This document shows, piece after piece, positions 28,878-39,112 of a DNA stretch of 64,000 bases. The stretch comes from an uncultured Fibrobacteria bacterium (GTDB lineage: Bacteria > Fibrobacterota > Fibrobacteria > UBA11236). The DNA lies in NCBI GenBank assembly GCA_963716395.1, contig OY970309.1, positions 3,488,001-3,552,000 of the forward strand. Reading direction: 5' to 3'. Made by a program: the position numbers and the translations under genes. Position 1 is the first letter of the stretch; each line of letters begins with the position of its first letter. Below the pieces are notes generated by a model. The model saw nothing but the letters and a program-made list of their open reading frames with translations. It ran no database searches and was not told the DNA's origin.

Positions 28878-30077
28878 ATGTATTATCAGGCGGATTGGTT
28901 GCTGACTTTGGACGCCCCTCCCTTGCCCGGAGGGTGGCTGCGCGTCGCAGGAGATCGCCTCGCGGCCATCGGCACGCCGGCGGAATTGCCGTCTGGGGCG
29001 GAGGTCACGCGCTTTTCCGGCTGCGCGCTTTTGCCCGGACTCATCAATCTTCACGCCCATCTCGAATTGACATCGCTGCAAGGCCGTTTGCCGGCGGGGA
29101 TAGCTTTCTCCGCTTGGGTGCGGGCGCTGCGGGCGGCAACCGCGGGTTATACTCACGACGATTACCTCGACGCCGCGCGGCACGGCATCGCGCAATTACT
29201 GCGCGGAGGGTGCACCTCGGTGGTCGATGTCGGCAATACCGGCGCTGCTTTGCAGGCTTTGACCGAAAGCCCGTTGCGCGCCTGGCCCTTGGTAGAAGTG
29301 CTGGGTTTGAACCCGGCCGCGGCCATGGAAAAAATGCAGGCAGCGCAAGCTTTGATCGACGGCCTGCGGCCGGCGCCGCTCCAAAGCCCCGGAGTGGCGG
29401 CGCATTCGGCCTATGCCTGTTCGCGGGAATTGTTGCTGGCCGTGGCGGATGACCAACGCCGGCGCGGTCAGCCGTTTTCGCTGCATGCCGCCGAAAGCGG
29501 CGAAGAACGGGATCTCTTCGCTTCGGGTGCGGGAGGCCTGCGGGAATTTTGCCGTTCGATTTATCCGCAAGCACCGGCGCATCACCATACCTCGGCTTTA
29601 CAATACCTCGACGACATCGGCATGAAACCGAATCGTCCTTTGATCATCCACGCCAATTACGCCACCGAAGACGACACGCAATGGCTGGCCCGCGTAGAGG
29701 CGACGGTGGTGCATTGTCCGGGCAGCCATGCCTTTTTCGTTCACGCGCCATTTCCCTGGGAACACTTGCGGCGTCACGGCATTCCCGTCTGCCTGGGAAC
29801 GGACAGCCTGGCATCGGGAGATTCCCTTTCCATGCTGGATCAACTTCGGGCTTTCCACCGGAAATTTCCGGTTACGGCCGAAGAGGCGATTCGCATGGCG
29901 ACGGTGTATGCGGCCCGGGCCTTGGGTCGTAGCCGTGACCTAGGGATTTTAGTTCCCGGCTATCAAGCTGACTTCATCGCCGTCACCGCCCGTGCATCAC
30001 CCTATGAAGCGGTTTTGCAGGAAGAGGCCGAAGTCGTCTTGAGCGTAATCGGCGGGAAACCGGCTTGGAAGCACTAG
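28878..30077 (+). CDS. Metal-dependent amidohydrolase (MtaD/SsnA or aminodeoxyfutalosine deaminase-like)
   Basis: PGLINLHAHLE, HSAY, HAAES, HCPGS, LGTDSLAS, PGYQADFI. Confidence 0.85.
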   Translation: MYYQADWLLTLDAPPLPGGWLRVAGDRLAAIGTPAELPSGAEVTRFSGCALLPGLINLHAHLELTSLQGRLPAGIAFSAWVRALRAATAGYTHDDYLDAARHGIAQLLRGGCTSVVDVGNTGAALQALTESPLRAWPLVEVLGLNPAAAMEKMQAAQALIDGLRPAPLQSPGVAAHSAYACSRELLLAVADDQRRRGQPFSLHAAESGEERDLFASGAGGLREFCRSIYPQAPAHHHTSALQYLDDIGMKPNRPLIIHANYATEDDTQWLARVEATVVHCPGSHAFFVHAPFPWEHLRRHGIPVCLGTDSLASGDSLSMLDQLRAFHRKFPVTAEEAIRMATVYAARALGRSRDLGILVPGYQADFIAVTARASPYEAVLQEEAEVVLSVIGGKPAWKH

Positions 30078-30101
30078 CTTCAAAGCCATGCGGCCAATCA
30101 A

Positions 30102-30749
30102 TCAAATACCCGAGCTTAAATGTGTGGGCGAAGATTTGTTGGCTTCCACCATCCAAATCACGGCGCCGGTTCCCACCACGGCCGCGGTAATGCCGGCGGT
30201 CCACCAAACCCAGGCATGGCTTGGCTCCTTGGGTTCGATCTCGGAGTTATCGGGTTTGGCCGCGGGAACCGGTTTGGTCTCCGGACCGGAGTTGGCCACA
30301 ACCCGTTTCGATCCCGGCAGGGGGTTGCCGAAAGCATCGAAATGCGCCCGATATTCCTGGGTGTGCTGGTATTGGCTTTTCACTTTGTCGAACACCGCCT
30401 GGATGTCGTCGGATACGTACATGTCGACCAATTCGATATTGGGGGCCAACGGCAACAGCAAGCTGAAATAGCTTTCAGCCTTGGCTCTTTCGGCGGGATT
30501 TGCGGCATAGATCACACCGAGATATTTATACGCGAAAATCTTCTCGTCTTTGGTGGCGGTCTGACCCTCGTTTTTCAAAAACGATTCCAAAATATTTTTC
30601 ACCAAATCCAACTCGCCTTCGCGAAAGGTGACGCGCAACGAGGACATATCGAGGCTGCCATCGGGCCGCAATCCTTTTTCGGCGAATACCACGGAACACA
30701 GCAATAGGCCCAATAGCGCAGCACGCATTTTCCGCTCCTTGGCAAACAT
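30102..30749 (-). CDS. Hypothetical exported protein with TPR-like helix and C-terminal TM
   Basis: Signal peptide MRAALLGLLLCSVVFA, AYKYLGVIYAA, C-terminal WVWWTAGITAAVVG. Confidence 0.7.
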   Translation of the reverse strand: MFAKERKMRAALLGLLLCSVVFAEKGLRPDGSLDMSSLRVTFREGELDLVKNILESFLKNEGQTATKDEKIFAYKYLGVIYAANPAERAKAESYFSLLLPLAPNIELVDMYVSDDIQAVFDKVKSQYQHTQEYRAHFDAFGNPLPGSKRVVANSGPETKPVPAAKPDNSEIEPKEPSHAWVWWTAGITAAVVGTGAVIWMVEANKSSPTHLSSGI

Positions 30750-30828
30750 CCGCCGCGCGAACCGGGTCTTTCACGCGCGAAAATCAAGACTAAAAAGTAT
30801 TAATTCGGATTCTCGCAGGCGGAGGAAT

Positions 30829-30905
30829 TGGTCGGGGCTACATGATTCGAACATGCGACCCTCAGCTCCCAAAGCTGATGCTCTACCAGACTGAGCTAAG
30901 CCCCG
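30829..30905 (-). tRNA. tRNA-Pro (anticodon TGG)
   Basis: CGGGGCTTAGCTCAGTCTGGTAGAGCATCAGCT-TGG-GAGCTGAGGGTCGCATGTTCGAATCATGTAGCCCCGACCA; 77-nt cloverleaf with encoded CCA. Confidence 0.97.
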
Positions 30906-31045
30906 ATCCCGAACCTTGCAATTCACCCGGAAATCACGAGAATTTCCGGAAAATACTCCTGCCTTCCGGCCTTGCAATCGTACAAAAAACCGTGCGCGAT
31001 CCGTTCAGTTTGAGAACTCGGGCCGCCGGCAACGATTTTTCGGGA

Positions 31046-31061
31046 TGTGACTCCGGTCACT
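31046..31061. promoter_or_regulatory. CRP/FNR-family-like site
   Basis: TGTGA-CTCCGG-TCACT, one mismatch from TGTGA-N6-TCACA, in the tRNA-Pro/proS divergent spacer. Confidence 0.3.
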
Positions 31062-31174
31062 TGACTCCCAGCATCACGATGAAAGCCGGCCCCCTTTCAT
31101 CCGAAGTCGTAGCGCGTCGCCCGACGCGGTCGCGGCAAAAACGAGAAGCCCGCGCGCATTTATCTTTCCTTGCC

Positions 31175-32893
31175 ATGCTGGTTTCACAACTTGTCGTCAA
31201 AACCTTGCGCGAAGCGCCGGCCGGGGCCGAACTTCCCAGTCATATTTTTCTGCTGCGGGGCGGCTACATCAAACAGTTGGCTTCGGGATTGTATTCTATC
31301 CTGCCGCTGGGCTTGCGCGTGCTGCGCAAAATCGAAGCCGTCATTCGCGCCGAAATGAACGCCCTCGGCGGCCAGGAAATAAGCCTGCCGCTGGTGCAGC
31401 CGGCCGAGTTGTGGCGGGAATCAGGACGCGAGACGTCCATCGGCGCCGAATTGTTGCGCTTCAAAGATCGCAACGAGCATCCCATGGTGCTGGCCATGAC
31501 GCATGAGGAAGCCGTCACCGATGTGGGACGCCATTACCTCAATTCGTACAAGCAATTGCCTTTCATGGTCTATCAATTCGCGCTCAAATTCCGCGACGAA
31601 CCGCGGCCGCGCGGCGGCCTGGTGCGTGTACGCGAATTCGTCATGAAAGATGCCTACAGCTTTCACCGCAGCGAAGAGGATCTCGACGCCTTTTACCAGC
31701 AGGTCTATGCCGCCTACGCGCGCATTTTCGGGCGCGTGGGCATTCGCCCCGTGGTGGTGAAATCCGACCCGGGCATGATGGGCGGCAAGCTGGCGCATGA
31801 ATTCATGCTCGAAAGCGGGCATGGCGAAGATTACCTGATTCTGGCGCGCGACGGCTCCTACGCCGCCAACCAGGAAATCGCCGAGTTCCACCGCGAATCG
31901 ATTCCCGAAGATCCGCTACCCCTGGAAAAAATCGCCACGCCCGGCCGCAAAACCATCGACGAGGTTTCCGGATTTCTCGGCGTCGAGCCGCGCCGCACCA
32001 TGAAGGCCGTGCTATTTGAAACCGAGCTGGATCAGCGCCGCATCCTGATTCTGGTCGTGCTGCGGGGCGAGCTTGAAGCCGGGGAGATCAAAATCCGGAA
32101 TTACCTGCGCGCGCCCTGGCTCTTGCCCGCGTCCGAAGACTTCCTCCGCACTTTCGGGTTGGTGCCCGGCTACGCCTCGCCGGTGGGCCTGGCGGCCCGC
32201 CAGGATCTGCGCGTGCTGTGCGATCTTTCCATCAGCGAAGGCAATAATTTCGTGGCCGGCGCCAACGAAGAAGGGTATCACCTGCGTCACGTCAATTTCC
32301 GGCGCGACTTCCACACCCCGCATTGCGGCGACTTCGCCAAAGCCCTGTCGGGGCACAAAGGCCCGGATGGCCGAACCGAATTGCACGCCGTGCGCGGCAT
32401 CGAAATCGGCAACATCTTCAAGATCGGCTCCAAGTACACGGCCGCCATGAGTTGCTCCTATCTCGACGAAGCCGGCAAGCAGCAAACGCCCCTCATGGGT
32501 TGCTACGGCATCGGCGTCGGCCGCCTCATGGCTTCGGTGGTGGAGAACTCCCACGATGATTACGGCCCCATCTGGCCCGAAAGCATCACCCCCTTTCACG
32601 CCCAGGTAGTGGCCATCGGCAAAGAGCCCGAGGTGCTGGCCGCCTGCCGCGGCATCTTGGACGAATGCGAAGCGGCCGGGTTGGAAATGCTATTCGACGA
32701 CCGCGATGAGCGTCCGGGCGTCAAGTTCAAGGATGCCGACTTGTGGGGCATTCCCGTACGCATGGCCGTGAGCCGGAAAACCCTGGCCGACGGTTGCGTC
32801 GAATGGAAACTGCGCCGCGAAAAAGAGTTTGAACTGGTTCCGCTCAGTTCGGTTTTAGGCCGTCTTAAAACCCATTACGGAAAACCGCATTGA
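31175..32893 (+). CDS. proS: Proline--tRNA ligase (with INS editing domain)
   Basis: PAELWRESGR, THEE, KFRDEPRPRGGLVRVREFVMKDAYSF, GIEIGNIF, MGCYGIGVGR, DDRDERPGVKF. Confidence 0.97.
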   Translation: MLVSQLVVKTLREAPAGAELPSHIFLLRGGYIKQLASGLYSILPLGLRVLRKIEAVIRAEMNALGGQEISLPLVQPAELWRESGRETSIGAELLRFKDRNEHPMVLAMTHEEAVTDVGRHYLNSYKQLPFMVYQFALKFRDEPRPRGGLVRVREFVMKDAYSFHRSEEDLDAFYQQVYAAYARIFGRVGIRPVVVKSDPGMMGGKLAHEFMLESGHGEDYLILARDGSYAANQEIAEFHRESIPEDPLPLEKIATPGRKTIDEVSGFLGVEPRRTMKAVLFETELDQRRILILVVLRGELEAGEIKIRNYLRAPWLLPASEDFLRTFGLVPGYASPVGLAARQDLRVLCDLSISEGNNFVAGANEEGYHLRHVNFRRDFHTPHCGDFAKALSGHKGPDGRTELHAVRGIEIGNIFKIGSKYTAAMSCSYLDEAGKQQTPLMGCYGIGVGRLMASVVENSHDDYGPIWPESITPFHAQVVAIGKEPEVLAACRGILDECEAAGLEMLFDDRDERPGVKFKDADLWGIPVRMAVSRKTLADGCVEWKLRREKEFELVPLSSVLGRLKTHYGKPH

Positions 32894-32929
32894 AGTGGGA
32901 GCGGATTTACCCGTCCGTCACGCCGAAAT

Positions 32930-33298
32930 CTAAAGCTGTTCCTTGTGGCCTTGATAAATTTCCCGGCCCACGATTTTGTCGATCTCTTCGCGGACCTGGA
33001 ATGTGAAAGCCTCGGAACCATCGGTCAATTCCCCCATGGCCTGGCGCCAGGCGGATTGACCCGGACCCAAGGTATTCAAGGCGCTGCGCACACGGGTCAA
33101 GGTCGAGATCTGTTCGCGCGGCGGGAATTGCCGCAGCATGGATTTGCGGTAACGTCGAATTTCCCGGTGCCAATCGCGATTCGTCCAGAGAACATCGCGG
33201 ACCTGAAAATAGGTCAGCGCCAACAAAACCATGGTGGCCAGGATAAGTATCAATGCTCCGGATGATAACCACATGGGTGTTTGCTCCTTCGCTTTCAT
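32930..33298 (-). CDS. Small hypothetical membrane-anchored protein
   Basis: One N-terminal TM helix followed by a helical soluble part. Confidence 0.55.
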   Translation of the reverse strand: MKAKEQTPMWLSSGALILILATMVLLALTYFQVRDVLWTNRDWHREIRRYRKSMLRQFPPREQISTLTRVRSALNTLGPGQSAWRQAMGELTDGSEAFTFQVREEIDKIVGREIYQGHKEQL

Positions 33299-33446
33299 TT
33301 TACACCCAGGCGGAAACGCGTGCCATAACCAAGTTGGGCAGCGTCACCTCCGGGCGGGCGGACTTCCAGGCCGGCTTTTTTCTAACTTGAGTTGCTTCCG
33401 GAATTTGCTTGTTTAAGACGAAAACCGAGGGTTTAGACAGCTTTTC

Positions 33447-36400
33447 ATGTCCAACGCCAAGCCGCGCATTCAGCCCTTCCGCAAAATCCTGGTAGCCAAC
33501 CGGGGCGAAATCGCCATCCGGGTTTTTCGGGCCGCCACCGAGTTGGGCATCGACACCGTCGCGATTTATTCCCAGGAAGACCGCCTCAGCCTGCATCGCT
33601 ACAAAGCCGATGAGGCGTATCTGGTGGGGGCGGGCAAAAGCCCGGTGGCGGCCTATTTGGCCATCGAGGAGATCATCGAATTGGCCCGGGACAAAGGGGT
33701 CGACGCCATTCACCCCGGTTACGGCTTTCTATCGGAGAATCCGGAATTCGCCCGGGCTTGTGAACGCGCCGGCATCGTGTTCATCGGCCCCTCGTCGACC
33801 GTGCTCGAATCCATGGGCGACAAGGTGGCGGCCCGGGCCATCGCCGAGCAGGCCGGCGTACCCGTTATTCCGGGCACGCGCGACCCGGTCGAAACCGACC
33901 AGGATGCTCTGCTCTTCGCCAAGGAATACGGCTATCCGCTGATCATCAAAGCGGCCATGGGCGGCGGCGGACGCGGCATGACCATCGTCCGCAATCGCCA
34001 GGAACTCGTCGCCGCCATTGCGCGTTCGCGTGCCGAAGCCGAAGCCGCCTTCGGCAACCCCAAGGTGTTCATCGAGCGTTATCTCGAAGGCCCGCGGCAT
34101 ATCGAAGTGCAGATTCTGGCCGACCGTTACGGCAATCGCGTGCATCTCTTCGAGCGCGATTGCTCCATCCAGCGGCGCCACCAGAAGGTGGTCGAACTGG
34201 CCCCTGCCCGGAATCTGGCGACGGAACAGCGCGAAGCCTTGTATCGCGATGCCCTGGCCATCGCCCGGCAGGTCGATTACGTCAACGCCGGCACGGTGGA
34301 ATTCCTGGTGGGTCCGGACGGCCAGCATTACTTCATCGAGGTGAATCCCCGCATTCAGGTCGAACACACCGTCACCGAAGTGATTACCGGCCGCGATCTG
34401 GTGCAATGCCAAATCCGCGTGGCCGAAGGCTATCCGCTCGATCACGACGCCATTCGCATCAGCGGCCAAAACAAAATCAAGAAGAGCGGCTTTTGCATCC
34501 AATTGCGGCTGACCGCCGAAGATCCCGCGAATAATTTTTCGCCCGACTACGGCAAAATCACCGCCTTTCGCGCAGGGGAAGGCGGCGGCATCCGTCTCGA
34601 CGCCGGCAACGGATTTGACGGCGCCATCATTTCGCCGCATTACGATTCGCTGCTCATCAAGGTATGCGCCTGGTCGCTCGACTTTGATCTGGCCGCCAAA
34701 AAAGCCCTACGCGCCATCCGCGAATTCCGCATCCGCGGGGTCAAAACCAATATCCCGTTCTTGGAAAACGTGTTGAGCCATCCGATCTTTCTGGCGGGAA
34801 AATGCGATACCGGCTTCATCGAAAACCATCCCGAGTTGTTCGACTTCAAGCCCCGTCTCGATCGCGCCAACAAACTGCTGGCCTATCTTTCGAGCCTGGC
34901 CGTCAACGGCTTCCCCGAAATTCCCAAAGGTTTCAAGCCGGTGCGCGGCTCGCCGCCCCGGCTGCCCGACTGCCCCAAGACGCCGCCTTTGCCGTCGCCG
35001 GCTTTCGCGGCCTTCCAGAGCCGGGGCGCCGAAGGCTTGGCGCAATGGGTGCGCGAGCAGAACGCCGTGCTCTTCACCGACACCACCTTTCGCGACGCCC
35101 ATCAAAGCCTGTTGGCCACGCGCATGCGCAGCTATGACCTGTTCCGCATCGCGCACGCCACCGGACATCTGGCCCGAAACCTGTTCTCCCTGGAAATGTG
35201 GGGCGGCGCCACCTTCGACACGGCCCTGCGCTTTTTGCATGAGGATCCGTGGGAGCGCTTGCGCCGCCTGCGACGGCTCATGCCCGGCTCCTTGCTGCAA
35301 ATGCTGCTGCGTTCGGGCAATGCCGTGGGCTATACGAATTATCCCGACAATGTGGTCCACCGCTTCATCGAGGCTTCGGCCAAAAACGGCATCGACCTCT
35401 TTCGCATTTTCGACTGCCTGAACTGGGTCGAAGGCCTCAAGCCCTGCATCGACGCCGTGCGCCAAACCGGCAAGATCGCCGAAGCCGCGATTTGCTATTC
35501 GGGCGACATCACCGACGGCAAGCGGGTCAAATACTCGCTGGCCTATTATGTGAAGCTCGCCAAGGAATTGGAGCGCGCGGGCACCCATCTTCTCGGCATC
35601 AAAGACATGGCCGGTTTGCTCAAACCCGACGCGGCCCGCATTTTGATTACCGAACTCAAGAACGCGGTGTCGGTGCCCATTCACCTGCACACCCATGACA
35701 CCTCGGGAAACCAGGTCGCGGCCTTGCTCGAAGCCACGAGGGCGGGGGTCGATATCGTCGACGCGGCCTTGAGCTCGATGTCGGGCACGACCTCGCAACC
35801 TTCGCTCAACGCTCTGATCTGCGACCTGAAAGGCGGGCCGCGCGATCCCGGTCTGGACGAAGTCGAATTGCAACGCCTGGCCGACTATTGGGAAATGGCG
35901 CGCGAACCCTACGCGCCCTTCGAATGCGGTCTCAAGGCCGGCACCGCCGACGTGTACCGCCACGAAATGCCGGGGGGACAATATTCGAATTTCCGGGCCC
36001 AGGCCACGGCGCTGGGTTTGGGGTCGCGTTGGGAAGACGTCAAAGACGCCTACCGTCAGGTGAATGAAATCTGCGGCGACATCATCAAGGTCACCCCCTC
36101 TTCCAAAGCCGTGGGCGACATGGCCTTGTTCATGGTGCAAAACAACCTGAAGGCCGACGACGTGACGGCCCGGGGGCCGGAACTGGCCTTTCCCGACTCC
36201 TTCGTGCAGATGATGAAGGGCATGATGGGCCAGCCTCCCGGCGGATGGCCGGTGGAATTGCAGCGCGCCGTACTCAAAGGCGAAGAGCCCATCACCTGCC
36301 GCCCGGGAGAATTGTTGGAAGAATTCGACTTCGACGCCGCGCGCACCTTGCTCAAGACCCGCTACGGCCGCGAGTTCAGCGAAGAGGAATTACTCAGTTA

Positions 36401-36914
36401 TGCCCTGTACCCCAAGGTGTTCCAGGACTACTGCGAGTTCGTGAACGCCTATAGCGATGTGTCGGTGCTGGACACCTCGACCTTCTTTTACGGATTGGAA
36501 TCGGGGCAGGAAACCAGCATCACCATCGAAGAAGGCAAAACCCTCATCCTCACCTTGCTGACCGTGGGTGATTTGCAGCCCGACGGCACGCGCATCATAT
36601 TTTTCGAAGTCAACGGCCGCCGGCGCACGGCCATGGTGCATGACCTGGCGTCGGGCGTTAAGGCCGTGGCGCGCGAGAAGGCCGATGCGGCCAACTCCGA
36701 TCACATCGGCGCGCCCATGGCCGGCAAGGTGGTGGAATTGGCCGTGGGGGCCGGCGATGCGGTCGAGGCCGGACAAAAACTGATCGTCACCGAAGCCATG
36801 AAAATGCTGAACGTGATCAAGGCCCCGCGTGCCGGCATCGTGGCGCGCGTGCTGGTGCAGAAAAACGATCCGCTGCAGGCCGGTGATTTGATTTGCGAAC
36901 TGGTGCCGGTGTAA
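33447..36914 (+). CDS. pyc: Pyruvate carboxylase
   Basis: ANRGEIA, HPGYGFLSEN, RDAHQSL, EMWGGATFD, IKDMAG, HLHTHDT, biotinylation motif EAMKM. Confidence 0.97.
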   Translation: MSNAKPRIQPFRKILVANRGEIAIRVFRAATELGIDTVAIYSQEDRLSLHRYKADEAYLVGAGKSPVAAYLAIEEIIELARDKGVDAIHPGYGFLSENPEFARACERAGIVFIGPSSTVLESMGDKVAARAIAEQAGVPVIPGTRDPVETDQDALLFAKEYGYPLIIKAAMGGGGRGMTIVRNRQELVAAIARSRAEAEAAFGNPKVFIERYLEGPRHIEVQILADRYGNRVHLFERDCSIQRRHQKVVELAPARNLATEQREALYRDALAIARQVDYVNAGTVEFLVGPDGQHYFIEVNPRIQVEHTVTEVITGRDLVQCQIRVAEGYPLDHDAIRISGQNKIKKSGFCIQLRLTAEDPANNFSPDYGKITAFRAGEGGGIRLDAGNGFDGAIISPHYDSLLIKVCAWSLDFDLAAKKALRAIREFRIRGVKTNIPFLENVLSHPIFLAGKCDTGFIENHPELFDFKPRLDRANKLLAYLSSLAVNGFPEIPKGFKPVRGSPPRLPDCPKTPPLPSPAFAAFQSRGAEGLAQWVREQNAVLFTDTTFRDAHQSLLATRMRSYDLFRIAHATGHLARNLFSLEMWGGATFDTALRFLHEDPWERLRRLRRLMPGSLLQMLLRSGNAVGYTNYPDNVVHRFIEASAKNGIDLFRIFDCLNWVEGLKPCIDAVRQTGKIAEAAICYSGDITDGKRVKYSLAYYVKLAKELERAGTHLLGIKDMAGLLKPDAARILITELKNAVSVPIHLHTHDTSGNQVAALLEATRAGVDIVDAALSSMSGTTSQPSLNALICDLKGGPRDPGLDEVELQRLADYWEMAREPYAPFECGLKAGTADVYRHEMPGGQYSNFRAQATALGLGSRWEDVKDAYRQVNEICGDIIKVTPSSKAVGDMALFMVQNNLKADDVTARGPELAFPDSFVQMMKGMMGQPPGGWPVELQRAVLKGEEPITCRPGELLEEFDFDAARTLLKTRYGREFSEEELLSYALYPKVFQDYCEFVNAYSDVSVLDTSTFFYGLESGQETSITIEEGKTLILTLLTVGDLQPDGTRIIFFEVNGRRRTAMVHDLASGVKAVAREKADAANSDHIGAPMAGKVVELAVGAGDAVEAGQKLIVTEAMKMLNVIKAPRAGIVARVLVQKNDPLQAGDLICELVPV

Positions 36915-36947
36915 CGGTTCGGTTTTCTTGAACCGGCCCCGGACGAC

Positions 36948-39101
36948 TTATCGCTTGTGTTCCAACGCGATCAGATCGTTCATGATTTCCAACGATTCGC
37001 GCAGGTAAAAATCGCTGTCGAGCTGCTCTTTCCAGACCTTGGTTTTTTCCCGGGTCGTCGAATCCTCGGCATAGGCAACGTCGCGCGACGGCAGCGGGTC
37101 GACGCTGAAGTCGGTGACCTGCCGGGTCAAGGCTTCGAGATCGTCCGATTCCTTGCGGTTGCGATCGCGCTCGGCGATGAATTTATCCATGCCGAGCGGA
37201 ATGTATTTGTCGTTGCGGAAGGCCTTTTGATGCTGCAGAAATTCATCCACATGCTTGAAATAGTCGCTCGCGGCAATGCGGGCGCGGCTGCGCGCTTCCA
37301 ACTGCCGTAAGGGCAAGTCGGCCCAGCGGTGGTAATTCAAGGCGCGAATGGTATCCCAGGGCATGGCATGCTCCAGGCTTTTCTCGCCCACGTCCAGATC
37401 GGTGTAGGCGTCGGGAATGAGAATGTCGGGAACCACACCGCGGAATTGGGTCGACCCGCCGGTGATACGGTAGAACTTCTGCACCGTCAGCTTTACGGTG
37501 CCCAACGGCTTGAGATCGGCTTCGGCCGGTGTGGCAAAATTGTCGAGGTCGATCAAAGTTTGCACGGTGCCTTTGCCGAAGGTCGTATCGGAACCCACGA
37601 TCACGGCGCGGCCGTAATCCTGCATGGCGGCCGCCAGAATTTCCGAGGCCGAAGCGCTGAAGGTGTTGACCAGCAGAATCAGGGGGCCGGCATATTCCAC
37701 CGAAGGATCGGTGTCTTCCAGCACGCTGCCGGAGCCGCGCCGATCGCGCACCTGCACCACCGGACCACCGGGCAGAAACAGCCCGGCCATGCGCACCGCG
37801 TCTTCCAGGGCTCCCCCGCCGTTGTTGCGCAAATCCAGGATGATGCCGGCCACGCCGCGGGCCTTGAGCCGCGCGACTTCTTTCTTCACGTCTTCGGCGG
37901 AACTGCGTCCGTCGGGATTGGAGAAATCGCGGTAGAAGGACGGGAGCGAGATGTAGCCGAATTTTCGCTTGGAATTCCGCGGATGGATCACGGCCGACTT
38001 GGCGTAGGTCTCTTCGACCACCACCACGTCACGGATGATGGGAATCACCTTGACGTGGCCGTTGGGATCCTCCACGGTCAACCGCACCTCAGTGCCTTTC
38101 TCTCCGCGGATGAGCTTCACCGCCTCCTCCACGCTGGCATTGACCAAATCCACCGGTTCCTGATTGCCCTGCGCTACCTTGAGGATTTTATCCTCGGCCT
38201 TGAGCTCCTTTTGGCGCCAGGCCGCACTGCCGGGAACAATGCTCACCACCTTGATATATCCGTCGTCTTCGCGCAGCACCGCGCCGATGCCTTCGAGTTT
38301 GCCGCTCATGGTGAGGTCGAATTCCTCGCGGGCCTCGGGCTTGAAGTACTCGGTATGCGGGTCGAGGGTGTTGGCCACGGCGTCGAGATACACGGCCACG
38401 CGATCGAGTTTTTCCTCGTGGATCATGCGCGTGAAGGTGCGGTCGAGATTGCGCTGCACATAGGCGACGGCCGAGTCGATTTGGGCGCTGTCGGGCATGG
38501 GCTGCCCGGCGGCGCTGCGCTTTTTTCCCGCGGCGCTGTCTTTGGTCGCTTTTTCTTCGCGCTGATCCTCGATGCGCATGAGGATTTGATATTTAAGCAG
38601 TCGCGCCCAGCGCTGCCGCAATTCCTCCGGGGTTTTACAATAGGGACTTTTCTCGGGCTCGGCCAACATGGAATCGTCGGCTGCGAGGCGAAAGCCCACC
38701 TTAAAAATGTCGTGGGTCAAGGCGCGTACGGCGGCCACCCGCCGGTTCAAAACCGCATTGGCGATCTCGCAGAAATCGTCGCTCCCGTTGGTGAGTTGTT
38801 CGCTCAGGGAATCGCGCCAATGCGCGAGGGAGTCGACGTTGGCTTGCAGCAAAAATCTTTTTTGCGCATCCAGCCGCTTGAGGTACAAGGTGAACACCTC
38901 GCGGGAAAAGTCGACGTTGAACGGCGGAGGCGCATAATGCCAGGTCTCGATGCTGCGCATCTCCATGCGCGTAATGAGAGATTCCTTGTCGATGCCGCTG
39001 GGCGCCGAAGCGGAACACAGCGCCACGGCTGCGGCCAGCACCCAACGCAGGGCGACGCTTCCTCTTCCGAACGGGCCGGAGCGCCGGGGTGATAATTCCA
39101 T
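36948..39101 (-). CDS. prc: Carboxy-terminal processing (tail-specific) protease, S41
   Basis: DPHTEY, LEGIGA (PDZ), DLRNNGGG, SASASEI, GKGTVQ, STQFRGV; start approximate. Confidence 0.92.
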   Translation of the reverse strand: MELSPRRSGPFGRGSVALRWVLAAAVALCSASAPSGIDKESLITRMEMRSIETWHYAPPPFNVDFSREVFTLYLKRLDAQKRFLLQANVDSLAHWRDSLSEQLTNGSDDFCEIANAVLNRRVAAVRALTHDIFKVGFRLAADDSMLAEPEKSPYCKTPEELRQRWARLLKYQILMRIEDQREEKATKDSAAGKKRSAAGQPMPDSAQIDSAVAYVQRNLDRTFTRMIHEEKLDRVAVYLDAVANTLDPHTEYFKPEAREEFDLTMSGKLEGIGAVLREDDGYIKVVSIVPGSAAWRQKELKAEDKILKVAQGNQEPVDLVNASVEEAVKLIRGEKGTEVRLTVEDPNGHVKVIPIIRDVVVVEETYAKSAVIHPRNSKRKFGYISLPSFYRDFSNPDGRSSAEDVKKEVARLKARGVAGIILDLRNNGGGALEDAVRMAGLFLPGGPVVQVRDRRGSGSVLEDTDPSVEYAGPLILLVNTFSASASEILAAAMQDYGRAVIVGSDTTFGKGTVQTLIDLDNFATPAEADLKPLGTVKLTVQKFYRITGGSTQFRGVVPDILIPDAYTDLDVGEKSLEHAMPWDTIRALNYHRWADLPLRQLEARSRARIAASDYFKHVDEFLQHQKAFRNDKYIPLGMDKFIAERDRNRKESDDLEALTRQVTDFSVDPLPSRDVAYAEDSTTREKTKVWKEQLDSDFYLRESLEIMNDLIALEHKR

Positions 39102-39112
39102 CATTCCCCGGC

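Noticed and set aside
28800-30830. Genomic island integrated at tRNA-Pro
   Set aside because: No integrase and no duplicated tRNA 3' end seen; flanking genes look native
30842-31174. N-terminal extensions in the ORF track for proS (also trpS, prc, GGR, GH84, kdsC-like and desaturase genes)
   Set aside because: They overlap the tRNA or neighbouring genes and lack homology; downstream starts fit the family N-termini
33308-33326. Sigma54 promoter TGGCACG...GC on the minus strand
   Set aside because: The -24/-12 spacing is off by one and TTGC is missing
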